From contig NC_087245.1 in NCBI RefSeq assembly GCF_037042905.1, positions 7,194,001 through 7,258,000 on the forward strand: a DNA stretch of 64,000 nucleotides, given 5' to 3'. The translations under genes and the position numbers were made by a program. Under the pieces are notes generated by a model. The model ran no database searches and was not told where the DNA came from. It saw nothing but the letters and a program-made list of their open reading frames with translations. Below, one piece after another: positions 38,351-51,709 of the stretch. The stretch is from Lytechinus pictus. Its lineage: Eukaryota. The first letter of the stretch is position 1; each line of letters starts with the position of its first letter.

Positions 38351-41300
38351 TAAAAAGTATAACAATCTCGACTACATGTCTCTGCCATAGCTGTATACTT
38401 CGTCATGTTCGTTTCACTCTTGCAGTATGAATTATGATTCGACAGCTGGGCAGCAAATGCATTAAGCCTCATAGAACATGGTGACACTGACTTACATCTG
38501 CAAGAGGAGCATCCACTGTGTCATGAGAAAGTACGGAGTAGGGCTACTGTCCTGTTCCACGTACTATCAGTTATCTTCAGAAGATGTCATGGGGGTAGAG
38601 CATAATAATTTTTCTCTGACAACACTGACATTTGTGTTCTAACAGACTGTTCTCCTTTTAGGGTTTACAAGTCTTCTGCATACTGATGAAAAAGTGATCG
38701 ATATTAAAGTTATTGGTAAGTTAATGGTATTGAAACTAGGAGAAAAAAAGCTGGCTGTGCACAGATAATATATCAGGATGGGATACCATATTGTGTCAAT
38801 CTAGCCTAGGGGAAAGACTTCCACTCTGAACTTGCTTAAGCCACTTCCAGACTGATTTGCCCCTCTTCAATCTCGATCGCATGTTAAGTTATAATTGTGT
38901 TTAGAATGGCACAATACGATACACCAAACTGACAAACGCTAGCCGTAGAAAATGCATGTTGGCCCCGATATTAATCCACATGGAACAAGTTCTGACAATT
39001 CCATGATGGGGGAGTATCCACTGTGCAATGAACAGGTACAGGAATGCCCTCCTAGCTTATACTTCCCATCCATAAATGAAATGTTAGTTGCAGGGGAGTC
39101 TTTCGTATAAGATTTTCTCCGGGTAAAGATCCTGGAGAAGAGCACATTTTTCTGACTTTTCAGTTGGGGTAGGCTCTTAATCTTTACATTTATAAAGTTT
39201 GAATACTACTGTACAGCTTCAATTGATTCTGATTCCTGTCAACTTCTTCTACATCAGGCTTTGTAGAGTAAGCAGTAAGTTCAGAGTGAAAGTATTTCCC
39301 TTGCCAAATTCACACAACATGGTATCCCAACCTAATGAAAGGAATTGTCTGTGCACAGCCATCTTTTTTTCTCCTTGTTTCAATACCATACATATCGATT
39401 ACCTATTCATCAGTATGCAGAAGACTTGTAAACCCCAAAAAGGAGAACAGTCTGGTAGAACAAAAATATCAGTGTCGTCAGAGAAAAATTATATATGCTT
39501 CTACTCCCATGACATCTTCAGAAGATAACTGATAGAACGTGGAACAGGACATTAGGCCTAACCGTACTTGTCTATGACACATGTCTTTTATTGTACAATC
39601 CATTTTCCATAAACTTTAATTTGATACCAAACATATTCCATACACTAGGTCAGAGAAAAGTCATAATTAAGAGGTTGTCCTATGTGAAAAGGATGGTGTG
39701 GTTTATTACGACAGAAAATGACGTTGCACCAAGGGTACCAAAGTAGCCCCTATCAGATTCTTAAATTTCACATCCTCAACATAACCTAAAGCCCAAGATT
39801 CACATGATACCCAATTTGTTTGTATTTCATTCATGAGATTCATGAGTCCGCATTATATGTTGCAATGCTTTGTGACCTATTTTGACCTTTCATGACCTTA
39901 AATGACCTTTAATTGCCCTGAATGCGTTCTAAATGCCTTGTGATTCAGTTATGTGGATTTGATTTTGCATTTGTACTAATTTGATATCACATTATGTTTA
40001 TTCCGCTCGATAGAAAAGTAGTAATTCAGAGGAATGTAAGAAAGTTTGTGTGGTTAATGACGTCACATAAATAAAATTCCTCAAGATGCCAAGTTCGCAC
40101 CCATCGGAGTCTTAATATGCGTACCCTCAACTTTCAGCACAAAATACACATAATTCCTAACCTTATTTGTATTCAAATCATAATATTTTTCGCCTTATAT
40201 GTCTTACTTACATTTGTAATGCAATTTGAACTTTTACGACCTTAAATGACATTTGGTTTAAATGCCAAGTGATCCAAATACTTGCATTTGATTTTTCATT
40301 ATAGCTTTAATTTGATACCAAACATGACTATGAAAGTCATATACAAGAGGTATGAAAAAAGTGGGCATGGCCTATGACTTTAATTTAAAAAAAAAATGCC
40401 CAAGGGTGCACGAGTGGCACCCATCGGATTTTTTAACAGTTGAAGTAGATATCCTACACTACAACTTTCAGCAAAAAAATCGCATATATACCCAACTTGA
40501 CGGTCATGCAATAATTTGGATCATATCTACCCGACTGTAACGTGCCCTATCTTGAAAAAGACATCTTTTTTACGTGTTTTTTTTTTGGTCGCGCATGGTA
40601 TCCACTCGTCAATGTAACTGCCCCCCCCCCCCCCTCGTTGGCAATGCTACAGTTTCAAAATTTTGATTTTGAGGTGCTGCTTGCTTGCTTCTCCTGGTAA
40701 TGTGCACTGGGCTGTGAGAGGTTCTGAAGGCTCACACGATTCTGGGCTTTGATGAGAAAGGCTGCATTTCGATACTGTTACGTGAAATACCTGAAATTCA
40801 GTATCATTTGACCAATTTGCATGTTTTTTAAATGTATTGTATGTATAGATTGTGTGTTCGTTATGTGGCCTCTTTCATCAGAATTGCAATATGCGAACCA
40901 GGGGGTGCTGCAAATTTGAGACCTATGTTACATGTACTACACTGTTGTTACTACCGATAATGTCGCACCAACGCATAATGTCGCAGATTGCGACATTCCC
41001 GACCTTTCGTTTGAGGACGCGCACGCTTATTTACGACGTTAGTTGATTTTGGAAGAGACTTTTTGGGCCCGTCATCATGGTCGTAAAACTCTGTCCTGCA
41101 ATGCAAATTGTGTGACATGAGATTTTTTTTTCGTTTCGCATCTGCGACGGAAACATTCAATATGCGTTTCGTGTGCAAAATTTTGGTTGCTACTATGGTA
41201 ACAGCGATATATCCGATTGAGGACGACCTTCCAAAGCCACATTTGACTCCTCCTAGAGCTCGAGAGGCCGCCCGGGGGGCCCACTTCCATTGATTAGTGG

Positions 41301-41514
41301 ATACCAGGAGCGACCACGCGTAAAAGGGGACAGAGTGGGCAGGTACGTTACGTATAGGCCTATGTAACGTTATAAGGGTGTCAAAACGATGTTTAAAATG
41401 CTGACAAAATACTTGTAGGGTTTCACAAGCCAAATTCTTGTTAAGAGATGCATTTTCATAATCTGGAAAAGAATTACTTGTCTATTGCTTTTCCCACTAT
41501 TGCATGGTCTGATA

Positions 41515-41830
41515 TCATTTCGTCTACCATTAGTCAACTATCAACATAGTCCAATAACAATTCGTCTAATTACCATCTCGTCTAATAGCCAGTTGGTCTA
41601 ATAGCCGTTTTGTTTATTATCATTTAGTCTAATTGTATTCTTTTAATTGGTCCAATATCCACTTTGTCCAATATCATTACGTCTATGTTTTGGCCTAATA
41701 GCCAATTGGTCTAATAACCACTTGGTCTACTCTCATTTCGTCCATGTTCCATTTGGTCTAACTTCAGTTGGTTCGCTATCACTTTGTCTAAACCCATTTT
41801 GGCTAACAATCATTTCGTAGATTTGCCATG
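41515..41830 (+). repeat. Degenerate ~16-22 bp minisatellite (cca-tt(g/c)gtctaat)
   Basis: More than a dozen ttggtctaa/ttcgtctaa/tttgtccaa units in tandem. Confidence 0.7.
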
Positions 41831-42275
41831 GGCTGTAACTCGATGGCCCCGCCTAAAGGGCGGACTTGCCCCAGGGTGGGGCAGGTTCGCCTGCAGCGAA
41901 AATTTTCTTCATGGCCCGTTTTTGTCAAAAAGCGTGTGCATGTCTTTGACGAAAATAACATTACCTAGGCCTTAATAAATGCTATAGCACGACATTCCCG
42001 CTGAAGAAATGAAGGAACTAGAAGAGCGTGAAAATAAATGCGGCGGACTCGACTCGCTTACCCCTATTTGAACACCAATTAAGTGCGGATTACATATTTT
42101 CGCCAACCTTCTATATAAGGAATCAAACTTTTTAAAATTCTCTTTGCCGTACAATCAATGTGATAATAATTTTCATCTAAACAAACTCCTAAATTGTTAG
42201 TGGGGTCCTATGGAAATTCGATGATGATGATGATTTATTGCACGATTTTCTCTCCCACCCCCCTCCCTTATACAG

Positions 42276-42515
42276 GTTCGTCGCCTGTCATCAGTGGATG
42301 TCCAAGTAATCAAAATGTCAACACAGACAGTGGTATTGCTACAGCTTTAGTGTTCTGGACAACACCTACAGCTACAGACTACGACGGTACTCAGACATTG
42401 CAAGCCACTGCCAATCCTGGAGAGTACTTTCCTATTGGAAACACCACAGTGATTTACGCATCAATAGATAATGATGGATATTCAGATATATGTACTTTCC
42501 TTATATCTGTTTCTG
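42276..42515 (+). CDS. HYR (hyalin repeat) domain exon 1 of a hyalin-like multi-HYR protein
   Basis: Polypyrimidine tract + tacag|...|gtgagt; 240 nt, phase 1-1; SSPVISGCPSNQNVNTDSG...WTTPTATDYDG...PGEYFPIGNTTVIYASIDNDG...CTFLISVS. Confidence 0.9.
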
Positions 42516-44899
42516 GTGAGTAATAATTTTAAAACCAGGGAGTTACATGTAGGACCTGTTAAAACTAAGCAAAATATAAATGTTGAAAGTCGAACCTGTA
42601 AGAAAAGTTATAATTTTAGGGTGCAATTAAAATGTCAAAGCACTTACAACCTACTAACCTTCCCAAAAAATTATTTGGTTGTCAAGCTAGATTTCCAGTA
42701 GGACATATACAAACCAGAAAGATTCAACCCTTAAATTTAAAGCTGACGTTGGACAGTCGGCAATGGTATAAGATTGGAAACTTGTTTGAAATAATAAGTG
42801 TGGTTGCACAATCAACAATGACAAACATATTAGTATTTGATTGTTAGACGGCCAACATGTGACGTTGACAACGCGAGAAAGTAGTTTACTGGAGAGTTAT
42901 TATTGGAGAGTTGAAAATGAGTACAGCGTTGGGAACTTGTTTGTTGGATATATTTTGTTTGACAGCCAACATTATGCACGATGTTGACAACGTTGAAAAC
43001 TAGTTTGTTGGAGACAGTCGACAATTGATTTTATACACAATATTCCACGTTTTGTGAGTTTTATTTTGTTGTGGTCTAGCTGTGATGAGTAAGGTGGCCC
43101 ATTCTCATCCTCTTTATATACCAATGAGTAGCCTACTGAACAAAGCTCGATTAGTACTATTTAGTCCTTTCTGTTCTAATTTTGATATACATTTTTCTTT
43201 TCTTGTGAAGTTTCATGATGTGACACTTATTTTCATATACTCTGTTAAATATTCACATTATTTCTAACAACTGAAGCAACTTTTTGAAGGAAGGCTTTCA
43301 GTCTCTCCCATACATACACACCTCCTTGAAAGAGGGTTTGGACGCCATTCATTCTTCCTGTGGGCCTAATCACTTACAATTTGCTTGTTCGCTTCGCATG
43401 CTCGCACATTGCTGTGGATATGATCAGCCCAATAGTAACTCAGTAGTTTGTATCACAACAAAATCATTACAATAGCCACCGGGTGTAAATCCTGGGCCGG
43501 GGGATGGGGGATACATCCCCCCTTTTCGAAGAGGGGGTGGCATGTAAAATCATCCTCCCACACTTTTCAAGATATATTTTTTATCATCAAATGGTTATTC
43601 CTATTGTTAGTGAATGGATTTATCTTTAAATGATATCAAAGAACTTAAATTGGCCTGATCCCGCGCTCAATCTTTTCTTACCAAGAATTTGGCCGTGACA
43701 AATTCCTACGTTTAGCTTATTGCAAAGGTTATATCCACTGCATCATGGGAGTTTAGTTATGACAAGTCCATTTATGAATAAGTGATTCCAATGATTTTTA
43801 AATATGATTATAACTTTTATCATAAACTAATCAAAACATCCATTAAATGCACTTTCCTGAAATAGGGGGGGGGGTCACCTAATACCTTTGTGGAAGCGGG
43901 GGATTCAGAACAAAAATATTTGGCTTACCGTATATTCTTCAAGTTATATAGGTGTACTTATTACATTGATCAAAATGTGGAACTTACACGTTTTTGGAAG
44001 TCCATATTGCGGCCTGTGATGGCATATAATAATTTCATATGTTTTGGCATAATAATGCTTGATCTCACCTTTAACCAGTGAGCAAATGAGTTTTCATTGA
44101 ACCAAACTCCACTATTTAATCCCTATTTGCTCTTTCTATATATTTCTTGTTCACATTCTTCTAAAGTTTACAATATTGACCATAAAGGGCCTACCCTTAT
44201 TATCCTCTGTAATTAATGCACATTATTTTAAACGACTGAAGCAACTTTCTGAAGGCTCGCTCACTATGCTCACGAGCGGCAGCAAGGACATAATTACACT
44301 CCCGTGAAAGACGATTTGTTATAAATCATTCTGTCTTCCAACTGTGGAAAATTTGCTCGCTCGCTTTGATCGTTTGCATTTGGATTATAACTGTTATCCA
44401 GTAGTCGACGTCACAACAAATCCGTTACAATATTGCCATTGGAAAAATAAAACCATCGTGGTATTCCATCAAGTGAAAGATGCCTTATGCACGCATTTAT
44501 ATACCCCTGCACATAGCCCGTGATAATACAAACAATTTAAAAGAAATTTTGGGGCAACATTCTTTCTTCCACCTACTGAAAACTTGCTCGCTCGCTATAC
44601 TCGCTCGCCGCATTATCCAATAATCATACCTCATAAAAGATAATTTTGGCCATCATGTCTTTCAATTATGACATTTGATCACTCGCTTCGCTCGCTCGCA
44701 TTTGGATATTAACTGTAGTTTAGTAGTTTATAACACAAACACAACAAATTAATTACATTTTTATAGCCATTGAAAAGGAAAAATCGTGAGAGGGCTTTGG
44801 GGGCTTTAACTGAAAGGAAAAAAATGACAGTGTAGGCCTACATTGTTATACCCCCGCGTACATATAACCCTAGATGCCGGGGCCGGCCGGTGTCCTCCA

Positions 44900-47800
44900 T
44901 TTTTGTCTCACCTGCATAGCAGAGTGAGACTATAGGCGCCGCTTTTCCGACGGCGGCGGCGGTGGCGGCGGTGTCAACACCAAATCTTAACCTAAGGTTA
45001 AGTTTTTGAAATGACAGCATAACTTAGAAAGTATATAGACCTAGTTTATGAAACTTGGCCATAAGGTAATCAAGTATTGCTGAACATCCTGCCTGATTTT
45101 GAGGTCACATGACCAAGGTCAAAGGTCATTTAGGGTCAATGAACTTAGAACATGTTGGGGGAATCAACATCAAAATCTTAACCTGAGGTTAAGTTTTTGA
45201 AATAATAACTTAGAAAATGTATGAACCTATATAGTTCATGAAACTTGGACATAAGAGTAATAAAGTATCACTGAATACATGGGCGTCAATCCAAAAAAGC
45301 ATGGGGGGGGGGACACAATAGCAACATGCAAGCATGTCACTTTTATAGGTATACTTTCCAGATCCATTACACTTTCGTCATACTCCATCGCTACATGTAC
45401 CGTATGTCACAGGGGTGGATCCAACCTTCGTCAATAGGGGGGGGGGCCGGAATTTTTTTTCACCCACATTTTCCCCGATCGGCCGCTCGAAGTTAATTTT
45501 TGTTTGTTTCTTTGAAGGGGTAATATATTTATATATATAATATATAATATCATAAGCCTTATTTAAAAAGTGTGAGCTTTTTGTTTATTTTATGTATTTT
45601 GTTTTAAAATTAAAATATTTTGGCAATGTTTATGATCCTTAACGAGATGTGTATCTAACTAAATAATTGCTGCGAGCGCGAAGCACGAGCAGAAATTTTT
45701 AATATACGTTTTCATCTGATAAAAAAGGATCTGTTACCGGCAGCTTGTTAGCCATGAAGACGTTACATATTTCAACTATCAAATAATGCGAAGCGCGAGC
45801 TGAAAATTTTGACATTTTTACCTGAAGAATGAAAAAGGTTAAGTATATAACTAAATAATTAATGCGAGCGCGAAGCGCGAGCTGAAAAATTCGAGATTTA
45901 AACCTAAAAATTGGACACTATTCATATTTTGTAAATCATGAAAATGATGAGTAATTGAAAATCGGCTTCCTACATTAATAATGCGAGCGCAAAGCACGAG
46001 CACAAATTGTTTTATTTATTTTTGATATACGCTTTGATCTGATCTGTTAACGGCTGCGTGTTAGCCATGACGTTACATATTTTAACTACCAAATAATGCG
46101 AGCGCGAAGCGCTAGCTGGAAATTTTGAAATTTCTACCTCAAGAATGGAAATTCTAAGTACTTTTTGTAATCGTGAAAAGGATAAGTATATAACTAAACA
46201 ATTGATGCGAGCGCTAAGCGCGAGCGGAAAAATTCTGGACACTCTATTCATGATTTGTAAATCATGAAAATGAGTAATTGGAAATTTTCCTACATTAATA
46301 ATGCGAGCGCAAAGCGCGAGCAGACAATTTTTTATATTGTGATCTGAAACTGGATAATGATTTAAATAGAGAACAAGCTGCGTATCTAAATAAACGCGTG
46401 TTTCAGATTTCGACCTAGAACATGTAGAATTAGGGTAATTTAAATACATTTCTTATCATGAAAATCAATAAAGCGAAAAGCGAAAAGGATCAATTTAAGC
46501 TCTGTTTTTCAAGCACTTTGTGGGAAAATTGTGAGGTGGATATGGATCACAGTTAAAAAGAGCTGCAATAAGTTTCATTACTATTACTTTGAGTTTTGAC
46601 ATAGGACCGGGACATTATGTCATCATATGAAAATGATGACTATATCTTCCTATTTCTCTTCCTAAGCATGAGAGCGCGAAATCTCTTAATATTATGGCCT
46701 GAAAACTGGACTTTTAAAGAATTTTTGTAATTATGAATAAGATGCATGAGTTGATATATTTCAACAATCAATGCGAGCGGAAATCGCGAGCCGAAATTTC
46801 TGATAAACTGCATGTGATCAAATGGGGATTTCAAGTAGTTTGTTTTAGAATCAATATTGAGATAAACATAACTCACCAATCAAAATGCGAGCATGCAGCG
46901 CTAGCTGATACGTTTTCACAATCTGACCTGAATAGGGATATTTTGATAACTTTATGGAATACATGAACATAATAGGTACCTGGCAAATCAAATTTTGCGA
47001 GCGCGCAGCGCAAGCAGAAAATGTTAATATTCAGACCATAAAACAAAAATTTTTACAGAATACTTTAAAAAAATCAAATTTGCAAATCAAACAAAATAAT
47101 GAAAGTTAAATTTTCGAGCTGAAATATGTTTTGTATGTTGACTTCAAGATTTGATATTTAAGCTCCGTATTGAGCAAGATATGTAAATCACCTAAAAGGC
47201 GATGCGAGCGCGAAGCGCGAGCAAAAGTTTCCTGGCCGGCATGAACGATTTTTTTATTATTACTTTCCAAGTCTTCCCCCCTTATCTTATTCACTCGTCT
47301 TCCTCCTTTTATGTTTCCCTTTCTTTTTTTCTCCTCTCTTTTCCCTTCTTCTTCTCTTTTTTTCTTTCTTTCCCTTTTTTTCTTTTTTTTTGCTCCGCCA
47401 ATAGGGGGGACCCGGGCCCCTCCCTGGATCCGCCTATGCTGTCATGTCGTGCAAAGAAAAAACCCACCACGCACGTGCGGGTCTCCATGTGGGTGCTCGC
47501 GTGTACCCCGGCGTCGTATATACGTACATGAACGGCTCATAGACGGCTAGCTGCGCTGCTTTTGAATGCGAATTTACCCACCGTTAATTGCATCGAAAAG
47601 TTACATGACAGTTGTTTTTTTTTTCTTTATATTTTTTTAAGGGGAATCAACTCCCATTTCCTTGAGAAGGTATGCACATATTCCCCCCAGATGGTCACAC
47701 TTCTTTTGTGACAAAAACATGGGGGGGGGGGACATTTGATATTGTGTCCCCCCTGAAAAAATCATGGGGGGACACGTCCCCCCCCCCCCCCGTCCCCCAC

Positions 47801-48060
47801 CGATTGACGCCCATGACTGAATATGCTGTGCAAGTTTCAGGTCACATGATTAAGGTCAAATGTCATGTAAGGTCAATTAACTTTGGCCAAGTTGGGGGTA
47901 TTTGTTGAATTACCATCATAACTTTCAAAGTTTATAGATATAGTGAATAAAATGTGGATATAGGGGTATAGGCCTATCAAGTTTCACTGACAAGTTTTAG
48001 GTCACATGATCAAGGTCAAATGTCACGTAGTATTGTATCATTATATGAATGGTGTTTTTT
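44900..48060 (+). mobile_element. Helentron/HINE-like element interrupted by nested hAT-like elements
   Basis: TTTTGTCTCACCTGCATAGCAGAGTGAGACTATAGGCGCCGC (identical to the start at 7547), (GGC)n tract, tandem units that resume after 47823. Confidence 0.75.
45278..47815. mobile_element. hAT-like element containing a second element (~45410-47438) with a GCGAAGC-motif array
   Basis: 8-bp TSD ACTGAATA at 45270-45277 and 47816-47823; TIR CATGGGCGTCAATC / GATTGACGCCCATG; inner TIR CAGGGGTGGATCC / GGATCCGCCTATG (inner TSD unclear). Confidence 0.9.
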
Positions 48061-49409
48061 TATTGATGCCCTTGTCTCTCCGTCTTAATCCCCTTCCCCT
48101 AGCAAAAGGGAAAAGGGAAAGAGAGACTGAAGAAAAATAATGGGGAAGGGCCGGGAGGGGTTAAAAGGAGAAACAAGAAAATGAAACGTACAGTCCTTCC
48201 CATGAAAAAAAGATATCGAAAGGGAAATTTATATTTGAATTCCTCGTCCAGATGCTGGCTTGCCCCTCTCAGTAATCAAGAGGTAGCCGGTCACATGAGA
48301 TCATAGCGGAAGTAGAAGAAAATATAACAATCATTTTCCCTTCTATCTTTAAAGGAAAGATTTAGTGACGGTTAAACGGATCGAATCACGAGTTATCACA
48401 CAAGCCTCTTTCAAGATACCATACTATTCTGATCATTTTTATATGCAGAAATGGGGGTGCGCTACCGGTATATACGGTACGGTGCCGTACACCCGTAGCG
48501 TAGTCTGCTTTTTTCAATCTTGAAGATCCTTGCAGAACTTGGAACGGTACATAGACAATTAGGAATTCCCGAAGATCGTATATAGGCCTTATCAACATGT
48601 GAAGTGACCTGAAATGAGTTTTGAGGACTAACATAACATTCTATCGTGTACTTTTCTTCGACTTCGCAGACAGTGCAGAAGTTGACTCTTTTGAACACCT
48701 CAAAAAGTTCTCTGCCAGCTCTCTCTTGTGTTCTTCCTCCGCTAAGGTCGGAGATCAACGGCGCCGTTGGAAGGGCCGCAATTCATTTAAGGCTCTAAGT
48801 TGCAATCATGAAGTACTGAGTAAGTTTTGACGAGTTGTGTGGAGGTTGCGTAAGAAGTATAGAATAAGCGTATGTAATTGGGCTTTTGTGTTGCAGCTAA
48901 TACGCCCAGGAGGTAAAAAAAGGACCGACTCTACAAAAAGTGCAGGGGTGGATTCAAAGCATGGTCCGAACTAGACAGCTGGCAGCCGTCTGTTTCGAGG
49001 AGTTTTTTAACTTTTTTTTTTTTTTAATTTCTCCTCGTACACAGACGGCTCGCTAGCGTGCAGCCACCATTAGGGGACTTGCAATGCAAAATCCCCCCGT
49101 CGGGGCTCTTCAATTTTTGTCTTTAATGAATAAAAATTTTGAAAATTAAAGCGACCAAAATGCAAATTGATATTCCCTCTTGTCATTAATTGCCAAAAAA
49201 CGGAGAAAAATCAAGTTAAAAGGAACAAAAACAGTGACTTACCTCGGCTGTCGCGCAAATTCACTTCCCCGTTTTATCCGATCTTAAGTACATAAACATA
49301 TTGCCATTGAGTCCCCTGTACAGATCGCGCTAGAACTTCGGTCTCTGTATTTGGTGAGCGAAGCCAACGGAGTTCAGCTGAACAACCAACATAACAGAGA
49401 CCGAAGCTT

Positions 49410-50005
49410 TTGGTCTAGGTCCGAACTGCTTGGTGTTGGGATTAGCTTTAACCCGCTGGATAAGGTCCTGTCGGACAGGTGCTAGGGCTGGACAGGTAGC
49501 AACCAGATGTTCCACATCCTCGCAGGCTGACATGCACAGACGACAGCAATCATCAGGTGCTTTGCCAATCTTGGCGAGCCGGACTTGGGTCAGATAGACT
49601 TGACAGGAGATCTGGGCACGGATGGTGATGGCTGACCGCAGACTTGGATTGGAAATGTGCCCAGGGTACAGATCCTTCGCCTTTGGTTTAGGTGTTCTAG
49701 TCCATAAGGACAAGGATGTCTTCTTGGTGAGGGCGTTGTGCTGCCTGGCCTCAGTCACCTGAATCACTGCCGACTGAACCATTCGCTTCCACAGATGGTA
49801 GTTAGGGGGATTCCTTACAAGTTCATCAAGTGGGGGAAGGCTAAGTTGTTGAAGTGCATTACGCCATTCTTGTATGGATTTGGTGTTGGCACAGATACCA
49901 TGAAGAAGCATCCTTCGTTCTATCCTGTCCATGTCGGTGCACAAGATCTGTCCCAGAAGTAGGAGCTTTTCCTGGCCGGCTGGTCAACAGTTTTAGCCAG
50001 GGCAG
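49410..50005 (-). mobile_element. Non-LTR retrotransposon ORF2 C-terminal fragment with CCHC zinc-binding motif
   Basis: ORF 49330..49944 contains CCRLCMSACEDVEHLVATCPALAPVR, the Cx2C...H...C motif found after RT in many LINEs; GC-richer than its flanks. Confidence 0.8.
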
Positions 50006-51060
50006 TGCGTGTATTTACGAATACGGTTACCGGTACCGTAAGTTAGTAAGTGTAATATGAGTTGTCCATAATATTGATATTATAGCAAAATATGAAATTA
50101 AAGTGTAACTAACGTTATAAAATTCCCAACATTTGCTGGATTTCGCTGCATTTATAATTATGTTAGTACGATACTGCAACAAATAACAAAAGAAATTAAG
50201 AATAAGATTTTAAACTGGATTTCCTTTTTTTTATTACAAGAAATAAATCATGTAGGCCTAGGCCTACTTAAACAAAATAAAACCAAACAAAGATCTTACA
50301 TCAATCTCTTGAAGTGTCCGATGTACAATCCAGATCCAGTGTTATAGTTCACAGTTATGATAGTCCAGTATATAATCCAGATAAGATCCAAGGTAGCTGG
50401 CGAAAATTCCTTAAATTAAAGTTCACAATGATGGCAATGATGAAGCACGATGATTAACCAGAGTTGAAATGTCCGTGAAGACGATGTCAAATTAAGCAAT
50501 CCATGGGTTGAAAAGCATTCATTAAACAGGTTGATGATCTCGATGAGAACTGAGAATTCCTCTCTCAAAATAACTGCAAACAGTTCATTGATGGCGGGCA
50601 AATAATTCCACAGAAGATAAATATTCCAGGTGGAAACAAAGTCTGCTCTGACATAAAGTCTGGCGTGAAACTCTGAGTTCTGATCTGATATGAATGATGT
50701 TCCTTGAAGAAACTGCCACCTCATAATATACACATTTCAACTATTCTAGAAACTTCTAGTATTCACTATTCTAGAGGCTTCTAAAAGTTCTAGTATTGTC
50801 TGCAAAAAGAACATTCTGCCCATTTCTAGAGCAGTCTACATTTAAAACAAAATAGCTAAGCCTATTGTTCATTTCCACTACCAATACAAGTCTATTATAA
50901 AGCAATCTCTATTCAGAAATAACAAAGAGTACTCAAAGATTACTTATGTCCAACAAAGCTGTACTGGAACATTCTTGATCATCTATGCTATAAATATCCT
51001 TAAAGAGGAAATAACTAAATAAATGAATGTACCATAATTGCTCTAAATTCTTCTTATATA

Positions 51061-51700
51061 CAGTGCGTCCCAGAAAAAACAAAACCGAGATTTATCGACG
51101 ATTTATCATAACTTAATCACAAATACAATAGACAAATGACCTACCAATGTAAAGCTGAGAATCTCCTCTTTCATCTGGTATTACTTAGATTCTTCCCCAT
51201 TCACGCATGAGTGAGCAAAAACAATTCGAAGAAAGGATGCCAAAAACTCATTTGGCGGGGGGGTATCTGAATTTCAAAAAGAAAATCACATGACTAAAAA
51301 GTTCAATATCTGCTCTTTTGTTTGATACCTTAATTAATCACAGAAAATGGTCAAGAAGTAAATTAAAGAAGTTATGATCCCTCGAAACAATGCTTGTATT
51401 ACCATAATTTCATTAAATAAACGTGTTTTCACCGGTTTCCCACAGAAGCTATTGCACGGTAACAAAAGACTCAATGCATGGCTGATCGTCAACAAAACGG
51501 ATTGTCGAGTGAGTTTGAACGCTAGCCTGTAAAACCTCTTCATTTTATGAAATTATTGAAATTCAAGCCTTATTTCAAATAACCAGAACTTTGTTATTTC
51601 TTGACCATTTTCTGTAATTGAGGTATCAAATTAAAGAGCAGATATTGAACTTTTTAAAAATGTGATTTTCTTTTTAAAACCCAGATACGGCACGCCAAGT
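51061..51700. mobile_element. Truncated copy of the Tc1/mariner-like MITE at 26105
   Basis: TA-CAGTGCGTCCCAGAAAAAA start; collinear with 26105-26740. Confidence 0.85.
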
Positions 51701-51709
51701 GACACGCCA

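Larger units (their letters stand above)
33581..40537. mobile_element. Large fold-back DNA element with 3-bp TAA TSD, carrying nested insertions
   Basis: TAA-TAGTCAAGTAGA ... TCTACCCGACTG-TAA. Inverted correspondence of 33600-34190 with 39935-40510, 37090-37420 with 39600-39920, and 38520-38835 with 39265-39580. Confidence 0.85.

Noticed and set aside
40640..40730. Possible signal-peptide exon for the HYR gene
   Set aside because: Hydrophobic codons are present, but no frame gives an ATG, an open reading frame and a phase-1 donor together.
45660..47225. CRISPR-like repeat/spacer array
   Set aside because: The spacers are related to each other, the repeats are degenerate, no cas genes are present, and the array sits inside a TSD-bounded eukaryotic transposon.
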